Assembly: GCA_963819655.1 (NCBI GenBank)
Contig: CAWFXA010000002.1
Location: 640,001-704,000 of the forward strand
Reading direction: 5' to 3'
Length of the DNA stretch: 64,000 nt
Origin: an uncultured Chloroflexia bacterium
Lineage (GTDB): Bacteria; Chloroflexota; Limnocylindria; Limnocylindrales; CSP1-4
Shown: piece after piece, positions 28,378 to 38,540 of the stretch
Layout of the letters: the number at the start of each line of letters is the position of its first letter
Numbering within the stretch: position 1 is the stretch's first letter
The notes under the pieces: model-generated
The model's input: only the letters and a program-made list of their open reading frames with translations
Databases searched by the model: none
Told to the model about the DNA's origin: nothing
Program-made: the position numbers and the translations under genes

Positions 28378-28803
28378 TCAGCGGTCGGGTTCGCCCCACA
28401 GGTTCCAGCCAGGCTCGTTCCGGACCGGCTCGGCCGGCGCGGTCAGAGCCCCGGCCGCCGATGGTGCCGGCCTCTCGCCGCTGACCGCCAGGCCCGTCGC
28501 CGTATCCACCTCGACGAACGCGAGCGGCCGTCGCCGCTCGTCGATGGCAGGCGCCGGGGCGGTCGTGAGCGAAGGTGTCGAGCCCTGCGCTGCGCCGGCC
28601 GGCCAGCCCTCCCAGCATCCGCGGATCTCATCACCGCTCAGGGGTTGGCGACGCGAATCAAGGCCACAGTAGCCGAGCTGTCCGGCGACCGACCGCCGGT
28701 AGTGCCGGCACGTCGCGCACGAGGTGGAGGACCGCCGACAGACCCAGCACCGTGCCGTCTCGGTCTGGGGGGTCCCGCAATGCGGACACCGCCACATCGG
28801 CAT
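28378..28803 (-). CDS. Hypothetical Cys-rich zinc-ribbon-like protein
   Basis: CPHC..CWVC..CATCRH..C..C; TACCAT 7 nt upstream. Confidence 0.7.
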   Translation of the reverse strand: MPMWRCPHCGTPQTETARCWVCRRSSTSCATCRHYRRSVAGQLGYCGLDSRRQPLSGDEIRGCWEGWPAGAAQGSTPSLTTAPAPAIDERRRPLAFVEVDTATGLAVSGERPAPSAAGALTAPAEPVRNEPGWNLWGEPDR

Positions 28804-28851
28804 GGCGCGGATGGTAGCTGCGAGTCCGGGCCGTGTCGAGCCCGCGCAGCT

Positions 28852-30051
28852 CTACTTCTTGATGTTGATGACGGTCTCGTCCGTCGCCCGGCCGAATTCC
28901 GTCGTCCGCACGAGCACGCCCGCGGTTCCCCCGCCGCGATCGGCGCTCTTCGGGATCCGTGTCGAGAAGGACGCCTGGCCGTTCGCGTCCGTCACGGCGT
29001 CGCCGGTCACGGTCTTGACGCCCGGCACGCTCAGCGTGAATGTCACGCGCGCGCCCGCCAGCGGGCGACCGTCCGGGTCGTCGACGAGGACGACCAGGCG
29101 GATCTGGGTCGGCAGGCTCTTCTGGCTGATCGAGTAGGCGGACGCGCTGAGCGACGCGCGCAGCTGGCCGGACCCGCGCCGGACGGTCAGCGCCAGCGCC
29201 TTCGTGTTCCCCGCCGGGTCCGTCGCGGTGAGGCGGATCGGGTTGGACCCGCTGGTGAGCGGCAGGCTCAGCGAGAACGTCCCGTCACCTGCGGCCGTCC
29301 CGCCGATCGATTCGCCCGTCTTCGTGTTCCGCGCGTTGACCGTCGACCGGCCCTGCGTGCGACCTTCGAGCGTGACGGCCTTGCGATTGACCAGCGCGCC
29401 GTCCTTCGGGGAGGTGAGGCGGATGGCCGGTGGATCCGTGTCGAGCACCCACCGGGCGAGCGGCGATGACTCGGATTCGCCGCCCGGACCCACCAGCGTG
29501 ACCGAGAAGTCGTTGATGCCGTCCGTCAGCGTCACCGGGATGATCATCTGCGCCGTCGGGGCCAGCGGCTTCTCATCGATCGGCGTCGGCGCCTGGTCCT
29601 TGAGCGCGAGGTAGACCCGCACGAGATAGTCGGGGTTCCCGGCGATGCGCGAGGGGACCGTCACCGTCAGGTCGGCCTGGGCGTGGTTGGTGTACGGCTC
29701 GGTGGGGGACTCGATGGTCGGCGCTTCGGGGGCCGTCGGTGCGAGGACCGATGGGACCGGGGTCGCCGTCACCCCCTGCACGAAGTTCGTGATCGTGCCG
29801 CCGAGGGCCCCCGCGACGACGCTGAGCCCGCCTGCGCCGACGTACAGGACGAGGACGGCCACGGCGAGCACGCCCGCGCCGAGGGCCAGTCGTCCGATGA
29901 GCGGGATCCCGCGGCTGCGACGGATCGGCGCGTGCACGGACAGGCGGCTCTGCGATGGGGCTCGGGGCCGGGCCTTGACGGGGGTCGGACGCCCGCCGGA
30001 CGGGGGACGGGGTCGAACGTGGTTTGGGCGCGTGCCGCGCCGAGTCGCCAT
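28852..30051 (-). CDS. Membrane-anchored protein with bacterial Ig-like domains
   Basis: Basic N-terminus + TM; DTDPPAIRLTSP, GSNPIRLTATDPAGN, VTDANGQASF Ig-fold motifs. Confidence 0.75.
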   Translation of the reverse strand: MATRRGTRPNHVRPRPPSGGRPTPVKARPRAPSQSRLSVHAPIRRSRGIPLIGRLALGAGVLAVAVLVLYVGAGGLSVVAGALGGTITNFVQGVTATPVPSVLAPTAPEAPTIESPTEPYTNHAQADLTVTVPSRIAGNPDYLVRVYLALKDQAPTPIDEKPLAPTAQMIIPVTLTDGINDFSVTLVGPGGESESSPLARWVLDTDPPAIRLTSPKDGALVNRKAVTLEGRTQGRSTVNARNTKTGESIGGTAAGDGTFSLSLPLTSGSNPIRLTATDPAGNTKALALTVRRGSGQLRASLSASAYSISQKSLPTQIRLVVLVDDPDGRPLAGARVTFTLSVPGVKTVTGDAVTDANGQASFSTRIPKSADRGGGTAGVLVRTTEFGRATDETVINIKK

Positions 30052-30192
30052 CGCGGGCGATTGTCGCATGCCATCGCCAGTCGGCCCGCGAGGAGGCGGC
30101 ACGCGTCGCAGCGCCTGCGAATATCGGAGCGGCACGGTGCGTTGTACTCTGGCGCGGTCGCGTGTGCTGAACGACGCGGCGCGCCCCGCAGC

Positions 30193-30660
30193 ATGGGAGG
30201 ACGCGTGCAGGCCCGCGATCCACGCACCGGACGACCGCTTACGGACCCAGGTCCCGGCCAGCCGGGCCGGACCGGCTCGGGGTCCGGTCGTCCCGCGAAG
30301 GGACCGACGGCCGCAGGTCGTCCGGCCTTCGGCCTCGGGCCGATCGCGCGCGTCACGCCGTCGCCGCTCGCCGCTCGCCCCGCGAGCGCGGCCACGATGC
30401 CGATGGGCGTGCGGCCTGGCTTCGGCCTCCCGAACCTGCGACGGAACGTCTGTCCGCACTTCTACATGACGGGTTCCCGCGGGGCGATCCCCATCCAGGC
30501 GCCACATCTGCTCAAGGCGCTGATCCGACAGGACACGAACGTCTCGCGCTGCCAGCTCCGTGGCGGGGTCCACCTCGACCAGGGCTATGTCAACGACGTG
30601 TGCCTGACCCCCCGCTTCAATCAGTGCGTCTTCTACGAGGACGAGCTGACTCGCGAGTGA
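30193..30660 (+). CDS. Hypothetical protein with a four-Cys C-terminal domain, coupled to folC
   Basis: CPHF..C..C..CVFY; stop overlaps the folC GTG (GTGA); start uncertain. Confidence 0.6.
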   Translation: MGGRVQARDPRTGRPLTDPGPGQPGRTGSGSGRPAKGPTAAGRPAFGLGPIARVTPSPLAARPASAATMPMGVRPGFGLPNLRRNVCPHFYMTGSRGAIPIQAPHLLKALIRQDTNVSRCQLRGGVHLDQGYVNDVCLTPRFNQCVFYEDELTRE

Positions 30661-31994
30661 CGGCCAGCTCGCCCGCCACCGACTACCAGGCCGCGCTCGA
30701 TGCGCTCGCGGCGCGCGGCAGGTTCGGGATCCGGCTCGGTCTCGGGCGCACGCGGGCGCTGCTGGCGGAGCTCGGCGATCCGCAGCTCGCGGTCCGTGGC
30801 GCGCTCGTCGCGGGGACCAACGGCAAGGGCAGCGTCCTCGCCCTGGCCGGGAGCGCGTTGCGGGCGGCCGGTCTGCGGGTCGGCGAGACCCCCAAGCCGC
30901 ATCTCGTCTCCTACCGCGAACGGGTGACCATCGACGGCCGGCCGATCTCGGCGACCGATCTCACGCGGCACGTGCAGGCGGTGCTGGCGGTCGCGGACCG
31001 TGTTGCGCGACGTCACGGTGAACCGACGGAGTTCGAGCTGTTGACCGCGGTCGTCTTCCGCCATTTCGCCGAGGCTTCGCTCGACGTCGCGCTGGTCGAG
31101 GTCGGTCTCGGCGGCCGCCTCGACGCGACGCATGCCTGGGACGGCGGCGTCGCGGTCGTGACCAACGTCGCGCTGGACCACACCGACCGGCTCGGGACGA
31201 CGATCGCGGCGATCGCCCGCGAGAAGGCCGCGATCATCGAGCGCGGGGACAGGGCCGTGACCGGTGCCGACGGCGAGGCACTCGCCATCGTCCGCCGGCG
31301 GGCACGCAGGATGGGCGTCCCGCTCACCGAGGTCCGGCCGGCGCCCCTGCTCGGCTGGGATCGCGACGGCCTGACCGTCGAGCTGGCGCGGCTCGGGGAG
31401 GTGCGGGTCGGTCTGCGGGGCCGGCACCAGGCCGCGAACGTCGCCGTCGCCGATGCGCTGCTGGACACATTGGCCGACGCCGGGATCGCACAGGCCGACG
31501 CCGCGAGCAGGCGTGCCGGGTATGCGAACGCGATGTGGCCCGGTCGCCTCGAGCTCCTGACCGTGGATGGCGACGAGATCCTGCTCGACGGGGCGCACAA
31601 CCCGGCGGGCGCCGCCGCCCTCGCCCAGGCCCTCGACGACCTGCGTCCGTACCTCGCGCCCGGTCGACTGACGCTGGTCATGGCGTCGATGGCCGACAAG
31701 GACGTCGACGGGATCATCGACGCGATGAGCGCGGCGACCGCCCTGCAGGACGCGACCGTGATCGCGACGACGGTCGACGCGGCGCGCGCCATGCCGGCCG
31801 AGGCTCTGGCGGCGCGGTGGGTCGCGCGGCCGGCGCCGGCGCAGGTGATCGCCGAACCCGACCCGCTCGTGGCGCTCGAGCGTGCGCGCCGGCAGCCCGG
31901 GCCGACGGTCGTGGCCGGGTCGCTCTATCTTGTCGGGGCCGTCCGGTCGCACCTCGTCGACGACCCAGACCTCCGGGATCCGCCCCAGCCATGA
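30657..31994 (+). CDS. folC: Folylpolyglutamate synthase / dihydrofolate synthase
   Basis: VAGTNGKGS, PHL..RER, TEFE, EVGLGGRLDAT, WPGR, DGAHN, GSLYLVG. Confidence 0.93.
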   Translation: MTASSPATDYQAALDALAARGRFGIRLGLGRTRALLAELGDPQLAVRGALVAGTNGKGSVLALAGSALRAAGLRVGETPKPHLVSYRERVTIDGRPISATDLTRHVQAVLAVADRVARRHGEPTEFELLTAVVFRHFAEASLDVALVEVGLGGRLDATHAWDGGVAVVTNVALDHTDRLGTTIAAIAREKAAIIERGDRAVTGADGEALAIVRRRARRMGVPLTEVRPAPLLGWDRDGLTVELARLGEVRVGLRGRHQAANVAVADALLDTLADAGIAQADAASRRAGYANAMWPGRLELLTVDGDEILLDGAHNPAGAAALAQALDDLRPYLAPGRLTLVMASMADKDVDGIIDAMSAATALQDATVIATTVDAARAMPAEALAARWVARPAPAQVIAEPDPLVALERARRQPGPTVVAGSLYLVGAVRSHLVDDPDLRDPPQP

Positions 31995-32892
31995 CCACCG
32001 AACCCGCCGACGACTCGGCCACGTCCCTCGCTCGCCAGCCCTCCCGCATCGGTCCGACCACCTTCGCCTGGGGCGAACGGACGTTCGTGATGGGCATCCT
32101 CAACGTCACGCCCGACTCGTTCTCGGGCGACGGGCTGCTGGGCGCTGCCGACCCGGTCGCGGCGGCCGTGGAGCTGGCACGCCAGATGGTCGACGCGGGG
32201 GCCGACCTGCTCGACATCGGCGGCGAATCGACCCGTCCCGGCCACGCCTCGGTGGATGCAGAAGAGGAGATCGGTCGGGTGATCCCGGTCCTCGCCGCGG
32301 TCTCGGACGCGCTGCCGGGCACACCGTTGAGCATCGACACCACCAAGGTCGTCGTCGCCGAGGCCGCCTTGGGCGCCGGTGCGGACTGCTCAACGACGTG
32401 TGGGGAACCGGCTCGGACCCCGGGCTGGCCGAGCTGGCCGCGAGCGCCGGCGTCCCGCTGCTCGTGATGCACAACAGGGCCGAGGCCCGCTACGACGACG
32501 TCGTGCGCGAGGTCGTCGACGATCTCCGGGCTGCCCTTGAGCGAGCCGAGCGTGCCGGTGTCCCGCCGTCCGGTCTCATCGTCGACCCGGGCATCGGGTT
32601 CGGGAAGACCGCGGACCACAATGTCGCCGTGCTTCGCCATCTCGGCGCGCTGCGGTCGCTGCGCCGTCCGATCCTGCTCGGCACATCGCGCAAGTCGACG
32701 CTTGGAAAGATCCTCGACCTGCCGCCCGAGGACCGACTCGAGGCGACGCTCGCGACCACGGCCCTGGGGATCGCGGCGGGCATCGATATCGTCCGTGTCC
32801 ACGACGTCCGGCCGAACGTCCGCGTCGCGCGCGTCAGCGATGCCATCGTCCGCGGTCGATGGCGGAGCGCACCGGAGGGAGGCCCAGCCTGA
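31991..32892 (+). CDS. folP: Dihydropteroate synthase; 1-nt deletion at ~32386
   Basis: MGILNVTPDSFS, GGESTRPG and SIDT in the first frame; NDVWG, DPGIGFGK, SRKS and RVHDV in the second. Confidence 0.9.
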
Positions 32893-33266
32893 GCGATCGG
32901 ATCGTCCTCGCGAACATGCGGTTCGAAGGCCGGCACGGCTACTACGATTGGGAGCTGCAGGCGGCCCAGCCGTTCGAGATCGATGTCGAGCTCGTCATGA
33001 ACCTCCAGCCGGCCGGCATCGACGACGACCTGACGAAGACCGTCGACTACGGGCGCGTCTACGAGATCGCGCGCCAGGTCGTCGAAGCGACCTCGTTCCG
33101 GTTGCTCGAGGCGATCGCCGAGGCGATCAGCCACGAGGTGCTCGTCGCATTCGACGTCCAGGAGGTCGGTGTCCGGGTGCGCAAACCGAAGGTCAAGCTG
33201 GGTGGACCGCTCGACTACGCGTCGGTCGAGATCTGGCGCAGGCGAAATCCCCGGGCTGATGGCTAG
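32889..33266 (+). CDS. folB: Dihydroneopterin aldolase (probable CTG start)
   Basis: SDRIVLANMRFEGRHG, DDLTKTVDY, LLEAIAE, VRKP; RBS GGAGG 6 nt before CTG 32889. Confidence 0.9.
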   Translation: MSDRIVLANMRFEGRHGYYDWELQAAQPFEIDVELVMNLQPAGIDDDLTKTVDYGRVYEIARQVVEATSFRLLEAIAEAISHEVLVAFDVQEVGVRVRKPKVKLGGPLDYASVEIWRRRNPRADG

Positions 33267-33310
33267 CAGGAGCGTCGCCTCAGCCGTCGGAGCGGTCCTC
33301 GCCGGTTCGC

Positions 33311-34690
33311 TTAGCGGTCGGGGCGGGTTCCCAGCGTCAGTTGGACACTTGTCGACTGGCCACCGCGCAGCAGCTCGAGCGTCACGGTGTCGCCGGGGGC
33401 GTACTCGCTGAGCGTCGCATCGAGCGGATGGTCGCCATCGATCGCCTGGTCGTTGACCTTGACGATGATGTCGCCCTCACGGATGCCCGCGTCGTCGGCC
33501 GGGCTGCCGGGGACGACCGCAGGGGTCGGCGAGCCCTGGCTTTCGCCCTGCTGGACGAGTGCCCCCGCGTCGACTGGGAGGTTGTTCGTGTCGGAGAACT
33601 GCTTGTCGAGCGGCCGGTAGACGACCCCCATATACGGTCGCGCGAGCTGCTGGCCGGCGAGGGCCTGCTCCATGATCGGCCGGGCGATGTCGATCGGGAT
33701 CGCGAAGCCGATGCCATTGGAGTCAGCCGCGATGGCGGTATTGATGCCGACCACGTTGGCGGCGGCGTCGAGCAGAGGTCCACCCGAGTTGCCCGGGTTG
33801 ATCGCGGCGTCTGTCTGGATGAGGTTGTTGAGGTTCGTGTTGCCATCCGTCGTGATGGTCCGGCCCTTGGCCGACACGATCCCGCTCGTGACCGAATTCG
33901 AGTACGTGCCGAGCGGGCTGCCGATGGCGACGACGAGCTGACCGACCTTCAGGCTGTTCGACTGCCCGAGCTGGGCGACCGGCAGATCCGTACCCTCCAC
34001 CTTGACGATCGCCAGATCGGTCAGGGTGTCGATGCCATAGACGGTGCCGCGTAGGACCCGACCGTCGTTGAGCTCGACCGACAGCGTGTCGCTGCCCTCG
34101 ACGACGTGGCGGTTCGTGAGGATCCAGCCGCGCGAGTCGTAGATGACGCCCGAGCCCACCCCGGTCTCCGGGATGATGCCGGTCGAGGTGTCGACGCTGC
34201 CGCCGACAGTGATCCGGACGACTGCCGGGCTGGCCTTCGCAGCGACGTTGATCGTGGCCGACGACTCGTCGATCGTCACGGGCTGGTTGTTGGCCCCGAC
34301 GCTCGTGACGTTCGGCGTGGACACGACTGCCGCCGGACGGTCGAGGGCGCCCGATGCGTTGAGGGCGACGACAGTGCCACCGGATGCCAGCGCGGCTGAC
34401 AGGAGCGCGGCACCCAGGACCGTTCCCATCCCGGCCCGACCGGTCCCGGTGCCGCGGACGGCACCTTCGCTCACGGGTGCGGGGGAGACGGCGGAGGCCG
34501 GTTCGTACCAGCGCTCCGGTGTCGGTGGGCTCACCGCATCGTCCTGGCGGGTCCACTCGGGTCGGGCCGTCGCGGGCGGTGTATAGCCCTCGGGATCGCC
34601 GGATGTCCGCATCACGGGCGGCGGGGTCGGTTCGGCAGGCAGCTCGTGGCGCTGCGTGAGTTCAGGGTCGTCGGAGCGGTTGTCGGTCAT
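33311..34690 (-). CDS. HtrA/DegP-family serine protease with PDZ domain
   Basis: TNRHVV, DLAIVK, GNSGGPL catalytic motifs; N-terminal TM; C-terminal PDZ. Confidence 0.93.
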   Translation of the reverse strand: MTDNRSDDPELTQRHELPAEPTPPPVMRTSGDPEGYTPPATARPEWTRQDDAVSPPTPERWYEPASAVSPAPVSEGAVRGTGTGRAGMGTVLGAALLSAALASGGTVVALNASGALDRPAAVVSTPNVTSVGANNQPVTIDESSATINVAAKASPAVVRITVGGSVDTSTGIIPETGVGSGVIYDSRGWILTNRHVVEGSDTLSVELNDGRVLRGTVYGIDTLTDLAIVKVEGTDLPVAQLGQSNSLKVGQLVVAIGSPLGTYSNSVTSGIVSAKGRTITTDGNTNLNNLIQTDAAINPGNSGGPLLDAAANVVGINTAIAADSNGIGFAIPIDIARPIMEQALAGQQLARPYMGVVYRPLDKQFSDTNNLPVDAGALVQQGESQGSPTPAVVPGSPADDAGIREGDIIVKVNDQAIDGDHPLDATLSEYAPGDTVTLELLRGGQSTSVQLTLGTRPDR

Positions 34691-34755
34691 CGTCTGCTGG
34701 TTCCTTTGGTCGGTGCCCCCGCCGGTGAGCGGCGAGGAGGCGAGTCCGTCGCTCC

Positions 34756-36465
34756 CTACGGTGCCGAGGCCGGATTCACGTGGGGAGAGTCGGACGGTGA
34801 AGTTTCCGTGATGTTGCGCAGCGCATCCTGAGAGGCGTCTGAGGCCGCCTCCCCTGGATCGGAGGCGCTCGCCGCGGCGATCCGCTCGCTCCCCTCGGCC
34901 GCCGACGCCACGGCCGCCCGCTGGGCGGCAGGCGTGCCCGCCACGCTTCGTGGGTCGCTCGGCAGCCGGACCGTGAACCGGCTGCCGGTCCCGGGTCCGC
35001 TCTCGACCGTCACGGTGCCGCCGTGCATATCGACGATCGATCGGACGATCGCGAGGCCGAGCCCGCTGCCCGAACCCCGCGCCTCGTTGGCCCGGGATCC
35101 GCGATAGAAGCGCTCGAAGATATGGGGCAGCTCGGAGGCGTCGATCCCGACGCCTGTGTCGGTCACGTCGATGCGTGCGCCGTCCGCGGCCGACGCTACC
35201 GACACCCGCACGACCCCTCCGCGCGGCGTGAACTTCACCGCGTTGCCGACGAGGTTGGCGACGACCTGGCCGATCCGCGGCGGATCGTGGCGGATCCTGA
35301 TCGGCGTCGAGGGCAGGTCCAGCTCGACAGTGACTCCGCGACGGGCGGCGAGGGCGTCGTGCTGGTGGGCCGCCGATTCGACGGCTGCCCGCAGATCGTC
35401 CGGTCGCAGGTCGAGCAGGACGAGACCGGAGTCGAGCTTCGAGAGCTCAAGCAGGTTCTGCGCCAGCCAGTCGAGCCGTTCGATCTGACCGGCGCTCGAC
35501 TCCAGGAACTCGGAGCGCGCCTCCGGGTCGTCCCCTGCTGTTTCCATGAGCAGCTGGTTGAACGTCCGGAGCGCCGCCAACGGTGTGCGCAGCTCGTGGG
35601 AGACGTCGGCCAGGAAGTCGCGACTTCGGTCCCGGTCGCGCCGGATGAGCTCGACGCTCTCGGCCAGCCTGTCCGCCATCGTGTTGAACTGCACCGCCAG
35701 CTCGCCGAGCTCGGATGCTCCGGCGCGCAGCTGGGCCGCGGGCACGCGTCGGGTGAGGTCGCCTTCCGCCAGGGCACGGGACGCATCCGTCAGCTGCCGG
35801 ATCGGCGTGGTGAAGCGGCGCGCGAGAGCTGCCGACACGACGACGGCCAGCCCTAGGGCGAACAGGCCGATCGCGGCGAGCAGCCCTGTCACGTTGTTGA
35901 TCGCCGTCGCGCGATACGTGTACGGGTCCGCCAGCGTGACTTCGATCGTGTATCGCCGGTTTTCCGGGCCGCCCGCCACGAAGTCGCTGACCGACGTGCG
36001 CTCACGTGCCTGCCCGGCGTCGGGCGGGGCCTGGCGTGGCAGGAACACCGTGCCGTTCGACGCCGGCTGGAACTGGGTTTGTTCGTCGGGGACCGTCACG
36101 GTGGTCCCGATCCGGACGATGACATCGGCTTGAGCGATCTGGTCGGCGATCAGGTCACGGAGCCCATCGTCCTCCAACCCGATCAGCACGCGTTCGGCGA
36201 CGAAACCATCCCTATCGATGACCGGCAACCCTCGCGACGCGGCCGACGTGGTCAACTTGACGAACGTGCTGACGGTCGTCAGCCGCTCCTTGAGGTCGGC
36301 CTCCTGCTGACGCGTGAAGTAGTCGTCGAGCCGATTCACGACGAAGATCGACACCAGGGCGAGCGTCAGCGCGATGACGGTCACGAAAGCGACGCTCAAG
36401 CGAGCCTGGAACGTCCGCGGCTTCAACCGCCGCAGCCAGCGCAGCCAGGTGAACCGCCTGTGCAC
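34756..36465 (-). CDS. HAMP-domain sensor histidine kinase
   Basis: Two TM, HAMP, SHELRTPL, NLVGNAVKF, DTGVG, GSGLGL. Confidence 0.93.
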   Translation of the reverse strand: MHRRFTWLRWLRRLKPRTFQARLSVAFVTVIALTLALVSIFVVNRLDDYFTRQQEADLKERLTTVSTFVKLTTSAASRGLPVIDRDGFVAERVLIGLEDDGLRDLIADQIAQADVIVRIGTTVTVPDEQTQFQPASNGTVFLPRQAPPDAGQARERTSVSDFVAGGPENRRYTIEVTLADPYTYRATAINNVTGLLAAIGLFALGLAVVVSAALARRFTTPIRQLTDASRALAEGDLTRRVPAAQLRAGASELGELAVQFNTMADRLAESVELIRRDRDRSRDFLADVSHELRTPLAALRTFNQLLMETAGDDPEARSEFLESSAGQIERLDWLAQNLLELSKLDSGLVLLDLRPDDLRAAVESAAHQHDALAARRGVTVELDLPSTPIRIRHDPPRIGQVVANLVGNAVKFTPRGGVVRVSVASAADGARIDVTDTGVGIDASELPHIFERFYRGSRANEARGSGSGLGLAIVRSIVDMHGGTVTVESGPGTGSRFTVRLPSDPRSVAGTPAAQRAAVASAAEGSERIAAASASDPGEAASDASQDALRNITETSPSDSPHVNPASAP

Positions 36466-36473
36466 CGGCTAGC

Positions 36474-37172
36474 TCAACGTTCCGCGAAGGCGTATCCGAC
36501 GCCCCGCACGGTCAGGACGAATGCGGGCGTCGTCGGGTCGTCCTCGATCTTCTCCCGAAGATGGCTGACATGGACGTTGATCGTCTTCTCGTCCTGGTCG
36601 AGCGCCTCGTAATCGCGCAGCAGCTCGAGCAACTCGCCACGCGTGTACACCCTCCCCGGGCGCGAAGCGAGGTGGCGGAGGATCTCGAATTCGGTCGGCG
36701 TCAGACTGATCCGGCGCGCTCCGCGCTGGACACGCCGCCGCTCGAGGTCGATCACGAGATCGCGGTGACGGAGGACGCGACCGCCGGCGGCATCGGCGAG
36801 ATCGCCGTACGACCGTCGCAGCAGTGCCTTGATCCGGCTGAGCAGCTCGCGCAGGCTGTACGGCTTGGTGAGGTAGTCGTCGGCGCCCATCTCGAGCCCG
36901 ATGACCTTGTCGACCTCGTCGTCACGCGCGGTGAGCACGAGGATCGGCATCTTGGCGCCGGCCGCGCGGACGCGCCGGAGGACCTCGAAGCCGTCGATGC
37001 CGGGCAACCGCACATCGAGCACGACCAGGTCGGGAGCCTCGCGCGTCGCGATATCGAGGCCCTCCTCGCCGGATCGAGCCACACCGACGTCGTAGCCCTC
37101 TTGCTGCAGGGCGTACTGGATGCCGCGCGCAACGGCGTGCTCGTCCTCGACGATGAGAATGGTGGCTGCCAC
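36474..37172 (-). CDS. OmpR-family response regulator
   Basis: VEDE, LDVRLP, GADDYLTKP, winged helix ending TVRGVGY. Confidence 0.94.
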   Translation of the reverse strand: MAATILIVEDEHAVARGIQYALQQEGYDVGVARSGEEGLDIATREAPDLVVLDVRLPGIDGFEVLRRVRAAGAKMPILVLTARDDEVDKVIGLEMGADDYLTKPYSLRELLSRIKALLRRSYGDLADAAGGRVLRHRDLVIDLERRRVQRGARRISLTPTEFEILRHLASRPGRVYTRGELLELLRDYEALDQDEKTINVHVSHLREKIEDDPTTPAFVLTVRGVGYAFAER

Positions 37173-37349
37173 GCGGCGATGCTATACCCGGGCCCAGATT
37201 CAGGCCCGCCGCAGGAGGTGTGCCGCCCACCGGCGCCCTCATGCGGCGGGCCCTTGTGGTATCTTGCGCAGCGCTCCGGGCGCCTCGCTCCACCGGCGAG
37301 CCGCGGCCCGTGGTCCGCACGAACGAAACACCACCCGAGGTCCGACCCA

Positions 37350-38042
37350 ATGGCAACCGCCCGCCCGACGCTGGCCGCCGAGCACCGCGAGGTGACCGGC
37401 AAGGCCGTCTCACGACTTCGCAAGGACGGCCGCCTCCCGGCCGTCGTCTACGGACACGGCGTGGAATCGACCAACGTCTCGATCGATGCCCACGACTTCG
37501 ACCAGCTGCGCAAGCATGCGGGGCCGAACGCCCTCATCGACCTGTCGGTCGACGGGAAAGCGGCGAACCCGGTCCTCATCAACGGGGTGCAGATCCATCC
37601 CGTCCACCGCCGGCCGCTGCATGCCGACCTGTTCCTGGTGCGGATGACCGAGGAGCTCATCGTCGACGTGCCGCTCGTTGCCACCGGTGAGTCGTACGCG
37701 GTCACGCAGCTGAACGGGACCCTCCTGCACCCGACCGAGACGGTCCGGGTGAAGGCCCTACCGGATCACCTGCCCCAGTCGATCGAGTACTCGGTCGAGT
37801 CGCTCGCCGACTTCGACGCGACGATCCACGTGCGCGACCTGCAGATCCCTTCGGACGTGACGCTCCTGACCGACGCTGACGAGATCATCGCCAAGGTCCA
37901 GGCGCCGCGGATCGAGATCGAGGAAGAGCCCGTCGTCGCCGAGGGCGAAGAGGCCGAGGGCGAGGAGGCCGAGGGCGAGGGCGCCGACGGCGAAGCCCCC
38001 TCCGGCGAGGCGCCGGCTGCGGCAGACACCAACGAGGGCTGA
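37350..38042 (+). CDS. rplY: 50S ribosomal protein L25 / Ctc (long form)
   Basis: GKAVSRLRKDGRLPAVVYG, HPV..LHADL, IHVRDL, acidic tail. Confidence 0.93.
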   Translation: MATARPTLAAEHREVTGKAVSRLRKDGRLPAVVYGHGVESTNVSIDAHDFDQLRKHAGPNALIDLSVDGKAANPVLINGVQIHPVHRRPLHADLFLVRMTEELIVDVPLVATGESYAVTQLNGTLLHPTETVRVKALPDHLPQSIEYSVESLADFDATIHVRDLQIPSDVTLLTDADEIIAKVQAPRIEIEEEPVVAEGEEAEGEEAEGEGADGEAPSGEAPAAADTNEG

Positions 38043-38186
38043 GCGCTCAAACGTTTAGTCGCCGTCCTTCGAGTTCAGCGGGAAGGCGAGCGACTGATCG
38101 TGATAGCCGGCACATCACGGTCCGCGCTGGGACCAGGCTTGGGCCGAACGGCCGAATCAGGACGCGGGCCTACAGCCAGAAGGGAC

Positions 38187-38385
38187 TTGCATCTGATGCA
38201 ACCAAGGTCGCTCGACGCGGTCGCCAGATGCCAGATGTGGTCCGATTCGTGCATCTGACGCAACTTCTCGGCGATCGATCCGCGAATCGCTGCGTCAAAC
38301 GCAAGCAACCGACCCGCTCAGTGTGCTGATTGGCGCTTACGTGCATCTGATGCAACCGGCAGCCGGAGATGCAGCATCAGACGCA
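38187..38385. repeat. Cluster of about 5 palindromic repeats, consensus TGCRTCWRAYGCA(A), REP-like
   Basis: 38187-201 (perfect TTGCATC-T-GATGCAA), 38250-263, 38291-304, 38342-355, 38374-385, in a non-coding, lower-GC gap. Confidence 0.75.
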
Positions 38386-38540
38386 GGCGTCCGACCAGCT
38401 CACCGCGGCCACGACGCGCCGCCTCCTGACGCCCCGGTTCTCATGACGCTCTCAGCCACGGTCCGGACGATGCCCTGCGACGGAGGGACATCGACCAGAA
38501 CGTAGCGACGGTTCCGAGCCCACGGACCGCGAGGGCTCCT

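Noticed and set aside
38187-38385. CRISPR array interpretation of the palindrome clusters (here and at 6543-6697)
   Set aside because: Repeats are only 13-15 bp, spacing is irregular or tandem, and no cas genes are present.
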